This document shows, one piece after another, positions 20,368 to 35,800 of a stretch of 64,000 nucleotides of DNA. Every line of letters begins with the position of its first letter. Position 1 is the stretch's first letter. Both the position numbers and the translations under genes were made by a program. The stretch lies in the NCBI GenBank assembly GCA_051362555.1, contig CM120643.1, positions 23,812,848 to 23,876,847 on the forward strand, given 5' to 3'. Origin of the DNA: Lingula anatina. Taxonomy: Eukaryota > Animalia > Brachiopoda. The notes below the pieces were generated by a model that did not search any database, was not told where the DNA came from, and was given only the letters and a program-made list of their open reading frames with translations.

Positions 20368-23300
20368 CTGGTGACAGAAAAAAGACACCTTTCAAACTCA
20401 GTTGACTTCTACAAAGCCATTTCTACTTGGTAATAGTATTAATACATAAAAATATTAATGTTATAGTACCATCTGTGGTAAGCATGTTTTATGCAACTGG
20501 ACATGGAATATACCAACAATGGGACATTTTTTTAACAGAATTATACCAGATACAATAATGGATACCATAAATAAAACCAAGAGTACAGGTAGGCCAGACA
20601 CATTAAAAAACATCCTTAATACCCAAAGTCACAGTATTATTCTGATACTTAAAATAGTTCATTATAATAACATTTTCTGAAATTTTCATAGATATCTATG
20701 TTGTTTACATATTTGCAATACAAATTTATCAAATTTCATTTTAAATTCATGACATGGTATTAGTTTTACCTGACTGTCAAATTTGTCCAACGGACATGCT
20801 GCACCCTCACACTGGTGACAATCCTGCACACTTTCACCCTCTGCACGTGGTTTGCGAAGGACATCACGACCTGTAGTGTACAACACACGCCGTGCATGGT
20901 CGCACACTTCCCTGCATGTTCGTCTAATGTCAAAGATGTACCGCTTACCTAAAAGAAGGGCGAAGAAATGCTTAAGGGCAAGCACATGCTAATGCGTACT
21001 CATCACATTGACTCTTCCATAACAGATTCTATCTGTGACAATTCTCAATGTGAATAATCTCCTAAAACACTTTGAATTTTTTTACAATTTTAAACACTTT
21101 TCATTAATGCCGTCAATATGTTTTTAAAGCTTAAAATATCAAGGTCACTTCACGACAATGTAAGCTGTTAACCAAATTATTTTACACCCCCCCCCCCCAT
21201 GACATGTTCAGAATATACAACTACTGTAAGAATCATAAAAACCCAACTCACCCAGAGTTGTATTTTCATTAAAAAGAGAAGCCAGGGTGCCCTTCAAGTC
21301 CCTACTGAACTGGCCAGATACTGCATTCCGCACAGTGTCACATCGATAGAAGGAATGCATCTCTGTGACGCACCTATAGAGGGCGTCAGCTGCTCTCTGG
21401 CTGACCAAGCGAAACCCCTGAGTATGCTGGCTTCCATTGTCTCTGACGACGGTTAAGTGAAAATCTTTGCCATTATGGATGGCCATTTGGACTGTTGGGT
21501 ATGGAATGCTGGAAGAAGATGGGGTAAATTTTAGCACTAGTTTTAATTGTTGGTTTTTCCCAAGCTGACTAGCTCCATACGTAAAATATAGAAATAATAC
21601 AAATTAAGTTGTGATAAAAATTTTATAACTAAAACAGATCTTGATTAAAACATATAAACTGAATCTGAACCAAAATAAATAACAGAATACGAAAACTAAA
21701 CAGTCTAGCACTTGTTGCTAATTGTGACCAAAATTAAGAAATTATGCCAGAAAACAAGACAGATTTTAGATAGAGAAAATTTGGAAAGAGAGCTGAAGGT
21801 GCACTTGAATTTTTTTCACCACAATATATTACACCTACGTACACACAATATTTCTATCAGGAGAAAACAATTTCACAATGCTTTAATTCTACAGTGCATT
21901 TAGGGGACTACTTGATATGCATGAGTCACAAAATAACAGGAAATGTTTTTCTTTCACATTTTAAGCTTTCCGATATTAAATGCAGTCAAAATATCTTGGA
22001 TGCAGTAGTTATTTTTGTCTATACAACATAATCAAAGGGTATGCAATATGGCTGTGTGACCCAACCTACAGAGGTTAAATATCTTCAATACACTCATGTA
22101 ATTATACATTGAAAAAAATATTGACCAATTTTACTTCTAAATTATTCTTACTTCTCTTTTCTCCGTATCAGCAGAGAATTTGCACCATTATATAATTATA
22201 TTTGTATTAACCAGAATAAGCAACACTGGCTATAATCAACAAGACACTGATTGGTTCTGGGAATTCCCAACCTAATGTTCAGATGAAATAAACATTAGAT
22301 GTTTTTTTTTTTTAAGTTGTCCAAAAACTAATCCCCTTTGGTAATTAAAAATATGTATGCTTTGTGTACAGTATATAGTACCTTAACATAACATTTTTGG
22401 AAAAAAACAAGCTATGTTCTAGCATATTTACACATACAAAATAATGGAAAGCAAAAGTGAAATACTTTCATTGTTGGCCCAAGTCTATTTTTAAATCTTG
22501 TTTATTATAGAGAACAAAACCTAACAGCTGCAATGTTACAATGTCAAGCTTCAACAATTTTTGGTCACCTAAATATCTTTCTCTGCTGCTGATGAGCTGT
22601 AAACATTCAACAAAGAAACTTTAAATGGTATGTGAAAAGATCACTTCTTCGAAGCCCAGGTGAATGTAAAGTAAAAAGGCAACTGTTTCTAAAAATAACA
22701 GCAAACCCAAGCTACAGAATATCACCTAACAAATGATCAGTACAAATAAACCCAAAACAATCAATAGACTTCAGTGCCTTTACCTGCATTCAAGCCAACC
22801 AACTATCAATTGTGGTGTTTTTTCACTGGAACTTCGGAACTTAAGATACTGGTTAAGTACTAAATTTAAGTCATTTATCCATCTTTGAAAAAAAAAAGTG
22901 TGTCTACATATTATCTTGTTCTTTGTTTAATTTTTAATAAATCGTTAACACCTTAGACAAAGGTGTAAAATGACCTAGCCACTCCTTGCTTATTAACTGC
23001 ACTTCCCCCTCCAAAAGCAGTCACTTGGTTCTCTCTCTCTCCTCTCTTTTACTCTCTCACTCTCTCTCTCACTCTCTCTCTCCTCTCTTTTACTCTCTCA
23101 CTCTCTCTCTCACTCTCTCTCTCTCTCCACCAAAATAAGATCAGGAGCCTCAGGTGTTGTTACACCACTAGTACATAGCTTTTTTGTCTTTATGTGGGGC
23201 AATGCACCCAAGGCAATGCACTGATGCACTGGTCACTTACTGGTCATTTTAAGGTCAGCACAACAGACACAAAGGTCGGAAACTTTGTTTTTATTTATAT

Positions 23301-24420
23301 TCATCAGGCATACAGGCATGTCAGCATGCTGTACACTATGTTAATTTGTTTTATATGAGGCATAGGGCAGGTCATTGGATGGTCACAGTGAGGCCTTAAT
23401 GAGTAAGCCACAGGTGCTCCTAGTTTTGATCAAATCTGTCCAGTACGTCCAGCTGCAGGTGTTTGTTTTCCTTACACTTTGAAGGTAGCCTAGGCACAGC
23501 AATGTCCGGTCAAAGCCCTGGTCACTCAGAGATCATTTAACAACAGTTACGACACTTGACCATTTTGATCTCAGGGGCATTACTCAATATACATAATTTT
23601 TTCACAGTGAAGATAGGGTAATTTCAGGTGAATGACAGATTTCACTGGTCATTGTTATTTATGGCAGTGAGACCATATAAATAAGGCAAGGAAGTAAAGC
23701 AATCTGGATATTAGGCAGAGTATATATTGACTTTTTCACAGAAACAATTTAGTGTGTGACAATTTAATCAGGTGCTGACAGATTTTTATTACTACAATTT
23801 ATAAAAACAAAATTTGAAATATTAAAATAATTGTTGTGTTGGAATAACCACTGCTTGGTAGCAATATGCAATAGAATATATGGAACTACCAAGCTAGTGA
23901 TCATGTGCGGAAGGCAAACATGTATAGCCTAGTGGGGCCTAAATAAAATCATTCAATATGAAATGTCAAAAGCTTTCACTTCAAATAAACACTAGCTAAA
24001 ACATAGATTCACATGTTGTTCTTCATAATCCAACCCTGAGCAGAATAAGGACAGTGTGGTTCTGATTTACAGGAGCCAACTAGAGCTAGGCTCTTTTTTC
24101 TCTGAAGTTAATTCTTCCTCAAATCTGAGACTTCCTGCTAATAAAAATCAATGTTTGCATAGTGCAGCTCTCCACTAATTTAATCTTGCAAGTCTTGCTG
24201 TGCAACAAGAATCTCCCACCACACAGAACAGTATGTTCTTCATATACTGTGACCCATTCCAAATATCCATGCTTCTGAATCTTTTAAGACAGAGAAGTGG
24301 TAGCACAGGATTGGAAATTAGAATTCAAAGCTCAACTGATGTTTATTTTTGGTGCTGAAATGAAAAACAGGAACAGTGTCTGACTTGTATCATGGTTACG
24401 AGCGTCTGCTCACCGCCCCC

Positions 24421-24496
<76 letters not shown>

Positions 24497-27400
24497 ACGT
24501 GCCCATGCACACACACTCCTCTTCTGTGCAGTCACCTGTTTTTTTTTTTTCCAGAGATGCTTTTTCCCTTTACCAGAGGGGTGGATAACGTGTCACAACA
24601 CCCTTGTCAAAATAAGATAGAAATGTCCTATATAGTCAGTCCAACAGTCAGTCAGTCAGACAGACAGACAGACAGACAGACAGACTAAAGGGCAATATCT
24701 GCACTCACCTAAACTGGACCTGATTTGTCTGCATGCTGTAGAGAATAATTCCTCCGGGACCCACACCAATATTGAGATCCTGACCTGTGGAGAGATCTTT
24801 GGCTTGGTGAAACTCCACTCCAAAATTCTCTGCCGTCTCTGCAAACTGCAACATGCGATATTCTGCGTTGTTCGTTTTCATGCCTGCCAGCTGCTCGTGC
24901 CTGTGTGCGACCTGAGCGAGATGGTCAGTGCAGGATCGAAAAGTTTCTGGACAGAAGGAGGGATAGGAAGCACAGTGATGTGGAGAGTGTTTACACAAGT
25001 CTCCCAGTTCCGCCTGTGCGATGTGTGCGGCCATGTCGAGTTCCTGCTCTCTGGACCGCAGTTTGAGGATGCCGTTGACAAAGTCATCTCTCACAGTCAA
25101 ATAGAACAAATGTCTGGAAATAAATCAATGAATCATGCTCAGTTTTTTTTTATCCAATGACAAATCGAAATTAAGAAAAGTCTAGGCCTGATTTCGTGAA
25201 AGAACCCATGTGCCCACTAAAAAGAAGGTATTGGTAAAAATATTGTAGAAAAGCAAAAGACATGTCAATTGCTTTAGACCACTTAATTTCAGCATACTTG
25301 TACAAATAATAAAGAATTTGATAAAATTTTCCAGTCTCAGATTTCAAGACCAACTTTTGAATTCAGTTTTTAAAAGGCGGTTACTTCAGTTTTTGTAGAA
25401 ACAATTGAACTGCTCCAATTACAACAAGGAAGTATTTATACTTCTTGGTTACAACTTTCAGGATAAACTCCAGCTGACAGAAAAACTGACTGAAAATTTA
25501 TTTATTTTGAGGCCCTGGTGAAGTAGAGTTTTCTCAGGGATTGCGAGTAGTATATTAAACCACAGCTACTGTAACATTACTATCACCACATTTGGAGCTT
25601 TTCAAACCCTGTACTATGTAAGTCAATTATTGGCATGTAACCCATCAATACAATAGCTGACTGTGCTATCGGTAATGTTATCAGTTAGTTAGCCAAGACC
25701 TGTTTTCAGCTGAGATGAGCAGTTCCAACTTAAATGCATACCAATTCAGTACTAGTAGGCTATCTGATCATGATTTTGAATCATTAGAAGGAAACCGATC
25801 TACAGGCATAAAACTAGTACTTAACCACAATATAATTACAGGGGTAATGGACAGAGAAAGAAAAAAGACATGTCATAATTAAAAATTATTAACAGACAAC
25901 ACACAGTTAGGTCATTCTACCTTCACTGGGAAGACAGCTAAGAGTAGTGATACAATCATACAAACACAATATCAAGAATGTATTTCAGACAATATGCATA
26001 ATTATGTGATAATTAATGCACAAAGTTTGGCTGATCCATCTTCCCTATGAACTCGGCTATAGCTTGACACAATCACATATTAGCACATCTGCCATGTGCA
26101 TGGTACCAACAAAGTGTACGACATCTCACTTCTACTGGGAACGTGACAATAGATGTATACAATAAAGACAATATATATATATTATGCAGATGTATATGAT
26201 AATGCAGAAAGTTAAGTCATCCCAGCTTAACTGGAAACACGACCAAACCAAGCTACACCCCACAACAAAGGAGGCACTGGGCCAGGATTACGGGGCCCAG
26301 TGAATGGTGGATATTGCTACAGGTTCATATATGATTGTGTTTATCATGACAGACTAAGATTTTTATCTACCTCAAGTACCCAGCATAGAACTGCTGAATA
26401 TATTGAACTAGTAGAAGTGCGTAGGAGAAATGAGCATGCACACATGCAATTCCCTGTGTCATAACACTGTGGGTTTATATTTGTGAGCCAAGGGTTTTAT
26501 CTGGAATAGGGCGAGATCTCATGGCAGCAAACAAACTATAGAAGATTTATGAATGAGTGAAACACACTCACAAGATGATGAGTTAATTTAAAATATCTTG
26601 TTCATTGCTGTGTGTTTGCAATTCTCCATAGAGGTTTTAACCTCACAAGTGTGTGATTCCAATTACTAGTACTTAGCATAATTACAAGTACAGCAAAGTC
26701 AAAGTGTTTTTTCCTTGATTTTTTCTATGCCCTACTTTTAGACCCCATTTCCAGAGATTAGATCGATCTACTTTAGATCGACCTAACTCCCTGGGGGTTC
26801 ACGCTAAATAGCTGTCAGCCGAAGCCGAGCGGACACAAAAGTTAATTATCCCCTTACAGCTTGTAGTAGGCGGGACGGACATTTAAGCCGGATTATCTGA
26901 CAGTAATCTAGTGAGACTCCCCGCGGGGATAGATCGATCTAAAAGCTCTGGGAATACAGCCTTAGATTGAGTTGCAGGTCTAAATAAGTGTAAGTCTAAA
27001 CTAAGTGGTATCTAAGAGGACATGCTATTTGTATTTAGTGAACGGTCATTCTTAACCGAACAAATTTTGAATGAGGTATAAATGCAGTCAACTTGAATAT
27101 GATGTTTCTTTTGTTTTCTGCAAGGATGGTGGGTAGGATTTAAAATTATTTGATAAACCTGGCTTTGAATCACTGAAAAATATTTGTTTACAATTTAAAT
27201 GAAGTCTTCAGTTTCATATTCATTTGAAATGTAAGTATTTGCTAGTCTGACTAAAAAAGAAAAAAAAAAAATTCCAAGCAGAGGAACTTAAACCACCATA
27301 ACAGTTAACTAAATTACCTGACAAAATCTACCTAATGGAGTTTAATATATAAACTGTAGTTATGTACTAGTATTCAGCTTTACCCCCATACAGTCACGCA

Positions 27401-27538
27401 ATATATTATGCTGGGTGCAACTGTCTTACTTTTTTATGACTCTTTGATTACCTGTGTAGCAACAAATGACAGTTGCTTATTCATGCCTCATGCACGCACA
27501 CCTGTCATCTGAGTCAAAGTCCAGGGGGGAGTCGGGAG

Positions 27539-27570
<32 letters not shown>

Positions 27571-28643
27571 GAGAGAACGAGAGAGTTCCAAGGCACCTAG
27601 TGAACATTTGAAATAATGCAATTTTCTATGAAATTCCAACACTTTACTCGTTAATCATCAAGGTAAACCATGTCAAAAAGAAAAAAATTATAAAAATTAC
27701 CCTCAAAATTCCCTCTACTTTCTTAGTTAATGAGTCACTCTTCTAATGTTGTAACTGACTGGTGACTGTCACTAATGTCACAGTAAAATGGGTTGTTAAG
27801 AGCTCTGATGCGGGGAAATACTAGTACATAATTTGTTATTTTCTCAATGCTGTTTTCCTTGGCGATAAAGGGAAAATTGACAAAATTTATAGGAATTCAG
27901 TATCATTACAAGTATTATTTCTTTTGCTATATAAAGGTATTACATTGCCCTTTAAAGTCCCCAATGTGAAAGGTCTATTTATAAACCATGCATGGGATTA
28001 TGATTATTGAGTCATAAAAAGTGCAATCCTGATGATTTAACTGCTTCATCTATTATCCATCAGTTTCATCCTGATGCCCACGCATTCATGTATAAAGTGT
28101 GAGTTCAAAATCGATTTAAAATGAAATTTAAAATAATAGTGGAAAAGTATCACTATTTACAAATTGACATGTATAATATTGTACTAATAATGCAGTGAAA
28201 AAGAACTCAGCATTCAGGGAAAAGTGACAAAAAAAAAAAAAACACATAGCAGTAATTCACATTATTAGAGCCCACTATCATCATCAGCTAAGGGCTGTCA
28301 ATTACACAGCATCCTACTAGTAAATACTTAAAAATACCTGCAAACAAGTATGGACGTTCTAAATTTAGGATCATCTACAGCTTTATATTCAAAGCTCAGC
28401 ATTTCCAGAGGCTCCTTCACCTTTATAGATATGAAGTTCAAGTTCTATGCTACATCCTTCCTGACAAATAGCTTGACACATTAATTCAGGTACTCAAATA
28501 ACAAACCCCTCGACACCTGGCTGCATCAAGGCATTGTTGTGTATTTCACACCTAACTGATGCCTCACGGATGATTATGATGATAATACTCTTACTAGTAG
28601 GTGTTATGTAGGGGAAGGAAGCCAGCTGTCTGCCCCTTACATA

Positions 28644-28684
<41 letters not shown>

Positions 28685-30823
28685 TAAAGACTTCTCTTTA
28701 CCGCTTCTTGGAGAGAGAGAAAGACAGAATGATAAAGAAAGAGAGAGAGAGAGAATGAGAGTAAAAGAGAGTATTAAACCACAAAGGTCACCATAGCCTC
28801 TATTCCAGGACTGTAATCTAGATCTAAATTATGTATTGGATCCAGGTGGCATCAAAACAATATCACACACACAATACTGTGGTATCAGCTGTATACCAAA
28901 TCCACTCTTTCTGTCCAGGTACGTGCCCTGGTCTTATCTGTTAGTCCTCTGTGATGAATAATTGAATTACGCGTGGCTGCACAAATGCATTGTTGAATGT
29001 AGATCAGTTTTTGAAAAAATGTAATGACAAATAGCAGCATCTTTATTGGTATTCTTAACACAGTTCTTTATTCCTGATAGTACCAAGGTTACAATAAGAG
29101 AATATATTGTGCCAGACAAAATTAATAATAAAAAATAAAGAGTACTTGTAATTGTTTATGTATTGAATCATTTCATGAATCAAATATTTAAATGATATTT
29201 TTTTAGATGTACCATACTTAAATAATAAAAAGAAATGCAATACACCTGTATGCATGGTACATATCACTCAATATAAGTTCAGAAAATAAGGCAATTTTTT
29301 TTTTTTTTTTTGGTAGCTGGCTGTTTAACTTCTTGAGATCTAAACCTCTTGTAATTTTTGTTTGCTTTTGTTCTTACCCACTCAACAATACCACTCTAAA
29401 GTTCACTGACACCTCCAATACCATTGGAAACTTGTGTGTTATTCAGCTAGGACATACATGTACATCTGTACATCCTTGTATTCAGTAAGAAAATAAGACA
29501 TTTAGGCTTCATTCTATTTTCTGTTGGCGGTATGTCTTATGATCACGGTCTGTGCCCTGAATATCCTTAGTAACTGGCTGGCGCTGCCAGTAATTACGCC
29601 GCGGGATATTCAGGGCACAGACCGTGATCATAAGACATACCGCGAACAGAAAATAGAATTTAGAAAATAGACATTGCATGTGAACGAAGCCTTACTGATC
29701 CTTGCTCTTCAAAAACTGGCCTATAGTCAACATATTTTTAATTAAATCTTGGATATACATGTATATCCCACACAGAAGAAAACACTAAATAGTAATGAAA
29801 ACAACCATCCCCTAAACATAATATCATGTTGATCGTGTCCTTGAATAGAACAATTCTCAAGCAAACAATGTACTGTAAGTGTCACCCGCTGTTAGGAAAT
29901 TGCCCTGAGAAGGGGGCCACTGTATCAGTTCCAATCAACAAATGCAATATTTAGTGTGACACAGTTTACCTGGCATCTGTCCCCAAAATATACATAATTC
30001 TGCATAAACAACAGGGAACTCTCTTACAAATTACGCCAAATAACAAGTACATGATGTGTATCACAGAAGCTGCCCTATTACAGAAGCATTGACTTTGAAT
30101 AATAGAAACTTCAACATAAATCACCCAGCCTTTAAATTTGTCCTCCCAAAGACTTTATTCTGCCTGAAGAAATATAACAAGCAACAACCCTGCAGAAGGT
30201 TAATGAACTGATAAGGGGGATATTTCTACTTGAAAAGACTGCAGTGTCAGTGAAATCAGTACACAGCAATGTAAATAAACATGCATGCTCACCAGAATGT
30301 CATCAAGTACTATTTGGCTGAGAAATCAATATGTGTGACCCATGACCTTGAACTATAACACTTCTTGACTCACACCAGTAATTTACAGTAAGACAGATCC
30401 CAGCTTTCCAAATCTTAAATGCAGTAATTTTTTTTATTATTCTTTCAAAAGCCTCAAGCAAAACCAATGATCTTTATTTTTTTCATATCAATTTTTTTAA
30501 ACCAAAGTTTTAATTTCCCTGTTTCAGGAAAAATATGCTGGAAAACACTTCACTGACTCTTATGTTACTTATCTTCACAATCTGACTCTTAAAACAGAGA
30601 ATGACAATTATAAATCTCAAATTTATAACATATCAAACTACAAGTACTGTATATCAATTGTCACATTTAAAACAAAACATTCAATCAACCTAGACGAGAT
30701 CATTATCATATCTATGTATGTGACACCATAACATAAATTTATACTAACACTTGTTCACACACTATAAAAGAAAAACTTCACATATTTCCATTGATGCATT
30801 TGTGTTTTCTCACTTAGAGGATG

Positions 30824-30893
<70 letters not shown>

Positions 30894-32746
30894 TGATACA
30901 CAGGATAGGTACAGCAAGGACAGTGAGTAAACCACATGTGTGACTTCTTGTGAAAACAATCATCTGATCTAATCTGTACTGGGTTTACACCTACAAGACA
31001 GTTATTATCAGCCTTGCACTAAAGTCACCCCTGTCACTCACGTTCCATAATTCCGTGCAAGTGAAAACAACCAAATGCGATCACATGATTTTATTTCTGG
31101 TCATGCCTTGACCTTTATTAATGGTATACATTGAAATCTGATAATTGCCTGCAGAAATGTATCACAACGCAGCTGAAATATAGCAACGTTTCTCTTATTA
31201 CTTGCAATCATCAGACCAAGCACTCTGTACAAGTTTGGGTAACTCAAAATGGTAGCCTCCCCCCTTTCATAAAATAAATTTACCCCCAAAACTGGTCTTA
31301 ATTTTCACACCAAAATTTCAGTCATGACAAAAATAAAGCACGTGGCATCAAAAACAGAAAAAATCAATGGAGTCCAGGGCTTTATAAGCCGAAGTTGTTA
31401 TATGATACACCTCTACCTCGGGAACTAGATCAGAATGACATGAACAGATAATCATAATCCATATATTGAACTATTTTGATAACCTTTCCTGGTATTGAAA
31501 GTGGACAACACAGTCCAACACAGACAAATTAAGCAAACTGATACCTGTGCTTCTGTCATGACAAGAGATCATTACACCAATTTCCAGTGGAAATAATATA
31601 TCATTTTTGTGATGAAAACTGAGGTTGAGTGAAAGGATGAGGTAGTCCAGTATCAGTGTTTGTTGAACAGCAGGCAAAGGTGCTAACACGAGTGTATCAA
31701 TGTGTATACTTGATAAAAACAGGGTAATATAGTGCACACTGCTTCAAACTGGAGTCACATGAAAAGGAACGTGACCACAACCACACAGAATACAATACAA
31801 ATACATAATTTACATGAATATATGCCAGTAAATAGCCATTGATTAACTCAGTGTATTTTAAGCTTACTTCCTTGAACCTACAGACTGAAGATAAAGCCCT
31901 CATACATAAAAAGGATAACAACTATTTGTATGACATCCATACTTCACAATAAATACATTGTAAACACCTTATAGAAATATAATAAATTCTATTTTACCAC
32001 AAAAACGGCCGTCGTTGCAATTATTTTGGGAAACTGTGCTTGCCACCAGCAACATTGCCTACCTCCACAGATGGCTACCCTCAATAATAATCTCTTAAGA
32101 GATTTTTATTATTATTATTGGAAAAAAAAAACTAACTTTGAATGTCAGAACAGATTTCCCCAGGAAATTCCTTCTTTTTGGCCAAAATTTTGTTATTCTT
32201 TTAAGTCCTGTGAATTAAGGAAGAGTTGCGCAAAATGACTACAGGGGAAATTTACTGAATCTTTCCAATCAAGTAGGAACTTCCTTTGTATGCCACAAAA
32301 AAAAAAAAAAAAAAAAAAAAAAAACACTCAACCTGTTCTGACCTCATTCAAAGACTTGATTGAACATTGTTAAGAAATCATCAAATGCATAAAGATAAGA
32401 CCCTTGGAGTGGAGCATTTAAATGCACATTCAGGTAAAATCACACTCATGAAGTTAGCAGTTTCATTGTCTATCTACATTATTGTCAGATGCTTTATCTG
32501 AAATAGGGACTTGGTCTTTGCCAAAGCACACTCGGTTGCTGATTTGCATGAGCATTTTTATTGATTAACTTGTGGACTTCTAGGAACTGGGAGTCCTCTG
32601 CTTAAAATTTGGCCTTTTTTTCCATAAGAAGGTGGCTAAATCATTTTATCAATTTAACTTCAACTTAAAGAAAGCCTTCAGTGGCCCAAATGTATCATGG
32701 TATATATCAATATTGAGAAGAGAAAGCTTTGAGGAGGATAATGATG

Positions 32747-32804
<58 letters not shown>

Positions 32805-35800
32805 CCACAGCACCGGCCTGTTTTTGTTTACAGCAACACTGAAAGGTTTTTCTCATCAGTTCTGCACTTATAAATAACACAGCCCTGTCATAAACCTTCA
32901 AATTGGTCTTATATCTGTTGTTATAAGATTTCATTATTTTGCATCCAAGTAAGCAATTTACTAGCAAGTAACCAAAAGTGATTTGAACTTTCCCCAAGAA
33001 AAGAAAAGAAAAGAAGGAAAGAAGCAGTAGGAAGTCCTTCATCCCTGAGATGAGATTAACTTGAAGTTCTTGGATTTAATCAAAACAGCAGTTTTGAACC
33101 CAGATTTCTTAGCTTTATTTAAGTTCTTTCCTCAATAAGTAAGACCAAGGCATCTTAAATCTTGGGAGATTTTCATGTATTCTCTGCTCTAGGGTAGAGA
33201 AACCAGCTGAGATGGCATTTAGTCTATGTTTCTTTTGAATAAATGGGATTCATCTCAGGGCAAGTAATGAATGTAGTTATACTTTGAAGCTGTCAGAAAT
33301 CATCCACACAGCGCCATACTTAATCCTACTACTTTATCCAGGTACTGCAGTACTGGAAGTACTTCTGCACAAAACCATATCAAGTTTATTTTACTTGAAG
33401 CAGCAGTTTTACATGAATTAAATATGCATTGCCATAGTTTCCTTTTGCCCTTGGATTACTTAGTATACTTGAGGTACTAATCAAAACCCAAACAAGGTGA
33501 AAATATTGAATGATAAGAGATACTTATATCATAATAGGGCAATATCTAAAATACTGCTTATGAGTAACATGAAGAAATCGAAAACAAACGATCTTTTTGC
33601 ATGTGTGGGTTTTCTTTGCTATCATTATGTTTTTGTAATTGTATAATAAAACTATTTTTATATAACTGTTCATTTCCTATAAAAAAAGACAAACAATTCT
33701 TATCCTGGAACTTTTTAAGTTGGCAGTAAATATAACAATTTAGCTTTGGCTCTTTAATTTGTTGTGGAATTCTTAAAAAAGCAGTTTGAATGAGATACCT
33801 CAGACACTCAGAGAACAATGGGTGATTTTCAATGGGTATATACTGTTATCAGTTCATGAATCTCTTCACTGGAAGTGTGTGAGGAACAAATACATTGATC
33901 AAATCACTGAAAGGTATCCTTGTGGTGCCTAATCCTGTGAAATCCTACTGCAAAAAGCTCACACAAATCAATTATCTGTGAACAAAGTGCCAACTTTCGT
34001 TTTAAAATTCCTCTCTCTTGCGTAGCTTTACATGTCAGATAACATGAGGTGGCTTTTTTCATGCCATTGTAATGCTTTGTGGTGTTTTTTTTGCTTACAA
34101 GAAATGTGCATGCATGTTAGAGGGCTGCCTCTCATATTCAAAACTACTGCGACGTAAGAAAAACAAAATACTATTAGTACAAAGATGACGAGAAAAAAAC
34201 GGCTCACCTTGTTTCTTCTTGTAAGATTAAATGAGGCTGTACAAAAAACTTGACTCGCAGCCTAAATCTGTATGGTGGAGGTCCTGGCACTTGCCGCGTA
34301 ATTCTGTTTCTCGTGTTCAGCCAAAGTTGCTCTCCCTTTGTTCCCTTATATTGCAAACCGAAGTAGTCTTCTTCAATGATGCCTATATGTTGGCATACCT
34401 GAATATAAGGAAGGAATAAGTAAGCACACAAAATAAAATCTTACAACTTTAAATATCATGCATCGGCAGGCCAATACCATGGTATTGGTGTGCACAGGTT
34501 TGGAAGGATTTCGACCAATGTCAGGTACTTCTTTCACTTAAAGTAGTTCTCAATAAACTATTTTACCTTGTCTTTTTAACAAAATATGACAACTATATGT
34601 TTACTTAGTAAATTGCCAAGTGCCTGTTATCCCGAAACTCAAATTCCTAACCAGAACAAATCTTGAAGAGCTGCTGAACATTAGTAGCCTCAGCTTTTTA
34701 CCAATCAACCTACTAGTAGCTGATAACACTGCCTTAATACAAATCATAATTTGCTGGTCATTTTTATTCTTTATTTGTCATTATTTTTACTTTGGAGTCT
34801 TCTGACTCAATTTCTATCATGTAGAATGTGAATAAATTACATTTATGTCAAGGTTTTCTAAAAATTTTGGCCATTAACCACCCACTCACAAAAACACCCC
34901 AGTAATCAGCAGGATATGACTGAGCATCTGGTGGTTTTTATGATGGAACTTAAATAAGAAAAACAAACAAAAAATAAATAAATCTCCCAGTGTCACCAAT
35001 AAAAAATGAATTTTTAGAGTCATAAAGCTTACAGCTTCTTTTACTATGCAAGCCTCCATTACTATTACAACATAAATAAATCTCCCAGTACCACCTACAT
35101 AAATTTTATATTTGAGTCATAATGAAAGTGTGCAGCTTCTTTTACTATATGCAAGTATGTAGTGTGCATAACTATTCTGCATCAGTGTTTTGTAATATGT
35201 TTTTTTTTAATCTGATAAAGGGATTTATTACAACAGTTGAAGAGTATAACTATATTTTATTAACTTGTTGCCATGTCCAAATGTAGTGGTTGGCTGGGGT
35301 ATGTAGTAGACTCAGGCTTAGAGCACTTGCATGATGAGAGAGCGTCTGGGGTTCAATCCCTGGTCAAGTCAGGTATTTTCAACAAAAACCCTACACATGC
35401 ATATTACTTATAAAAGTAACAACAAGAAAACTTGGAGTTCAGCCCCCCCACCCCCCACCCCCCCCCACCCCACCCCCAACTTACTGGTCCTTGCCAATAC
35501 AGACTTCCATACAAATAAAATATGGAGAACAGAATAATCTGGTCATAACAAAATAATGATAATAATAATAAATGAATAAATAACGATAAAAAGAGTGTCC
35601 ATGGAACCCTTGATCGAATTTTCGAAGAACAGCTAGTGGAAATCATACATATTCAGAGCACGAAGTTACATTACACATTGCATTAAACGATAACAGTCTC
35701 GATTCATTTTGATAAATTATCTGACAAATCTTGCACAATAACACCGTGATCACTGACAATTAACCAAAAACCACTCATTCATAGACTAGTGGGGTCTTTC

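Noticed and set aside
22589-22620. CTGATGAG...GAAAC hammerhead-like core
   Set aside because: No complementary stem II between the two motifs.
24376-33042. ORFs with HTHT, YIYI or DRQT runs
   Set aside because: Translations of microsatellites within MYLIP introns.
35292-35373. Second tRNA gene
   Set aside because: Only A/B-box-like remnants; no acceptor or anticodon stem, so treated as a SINE head.
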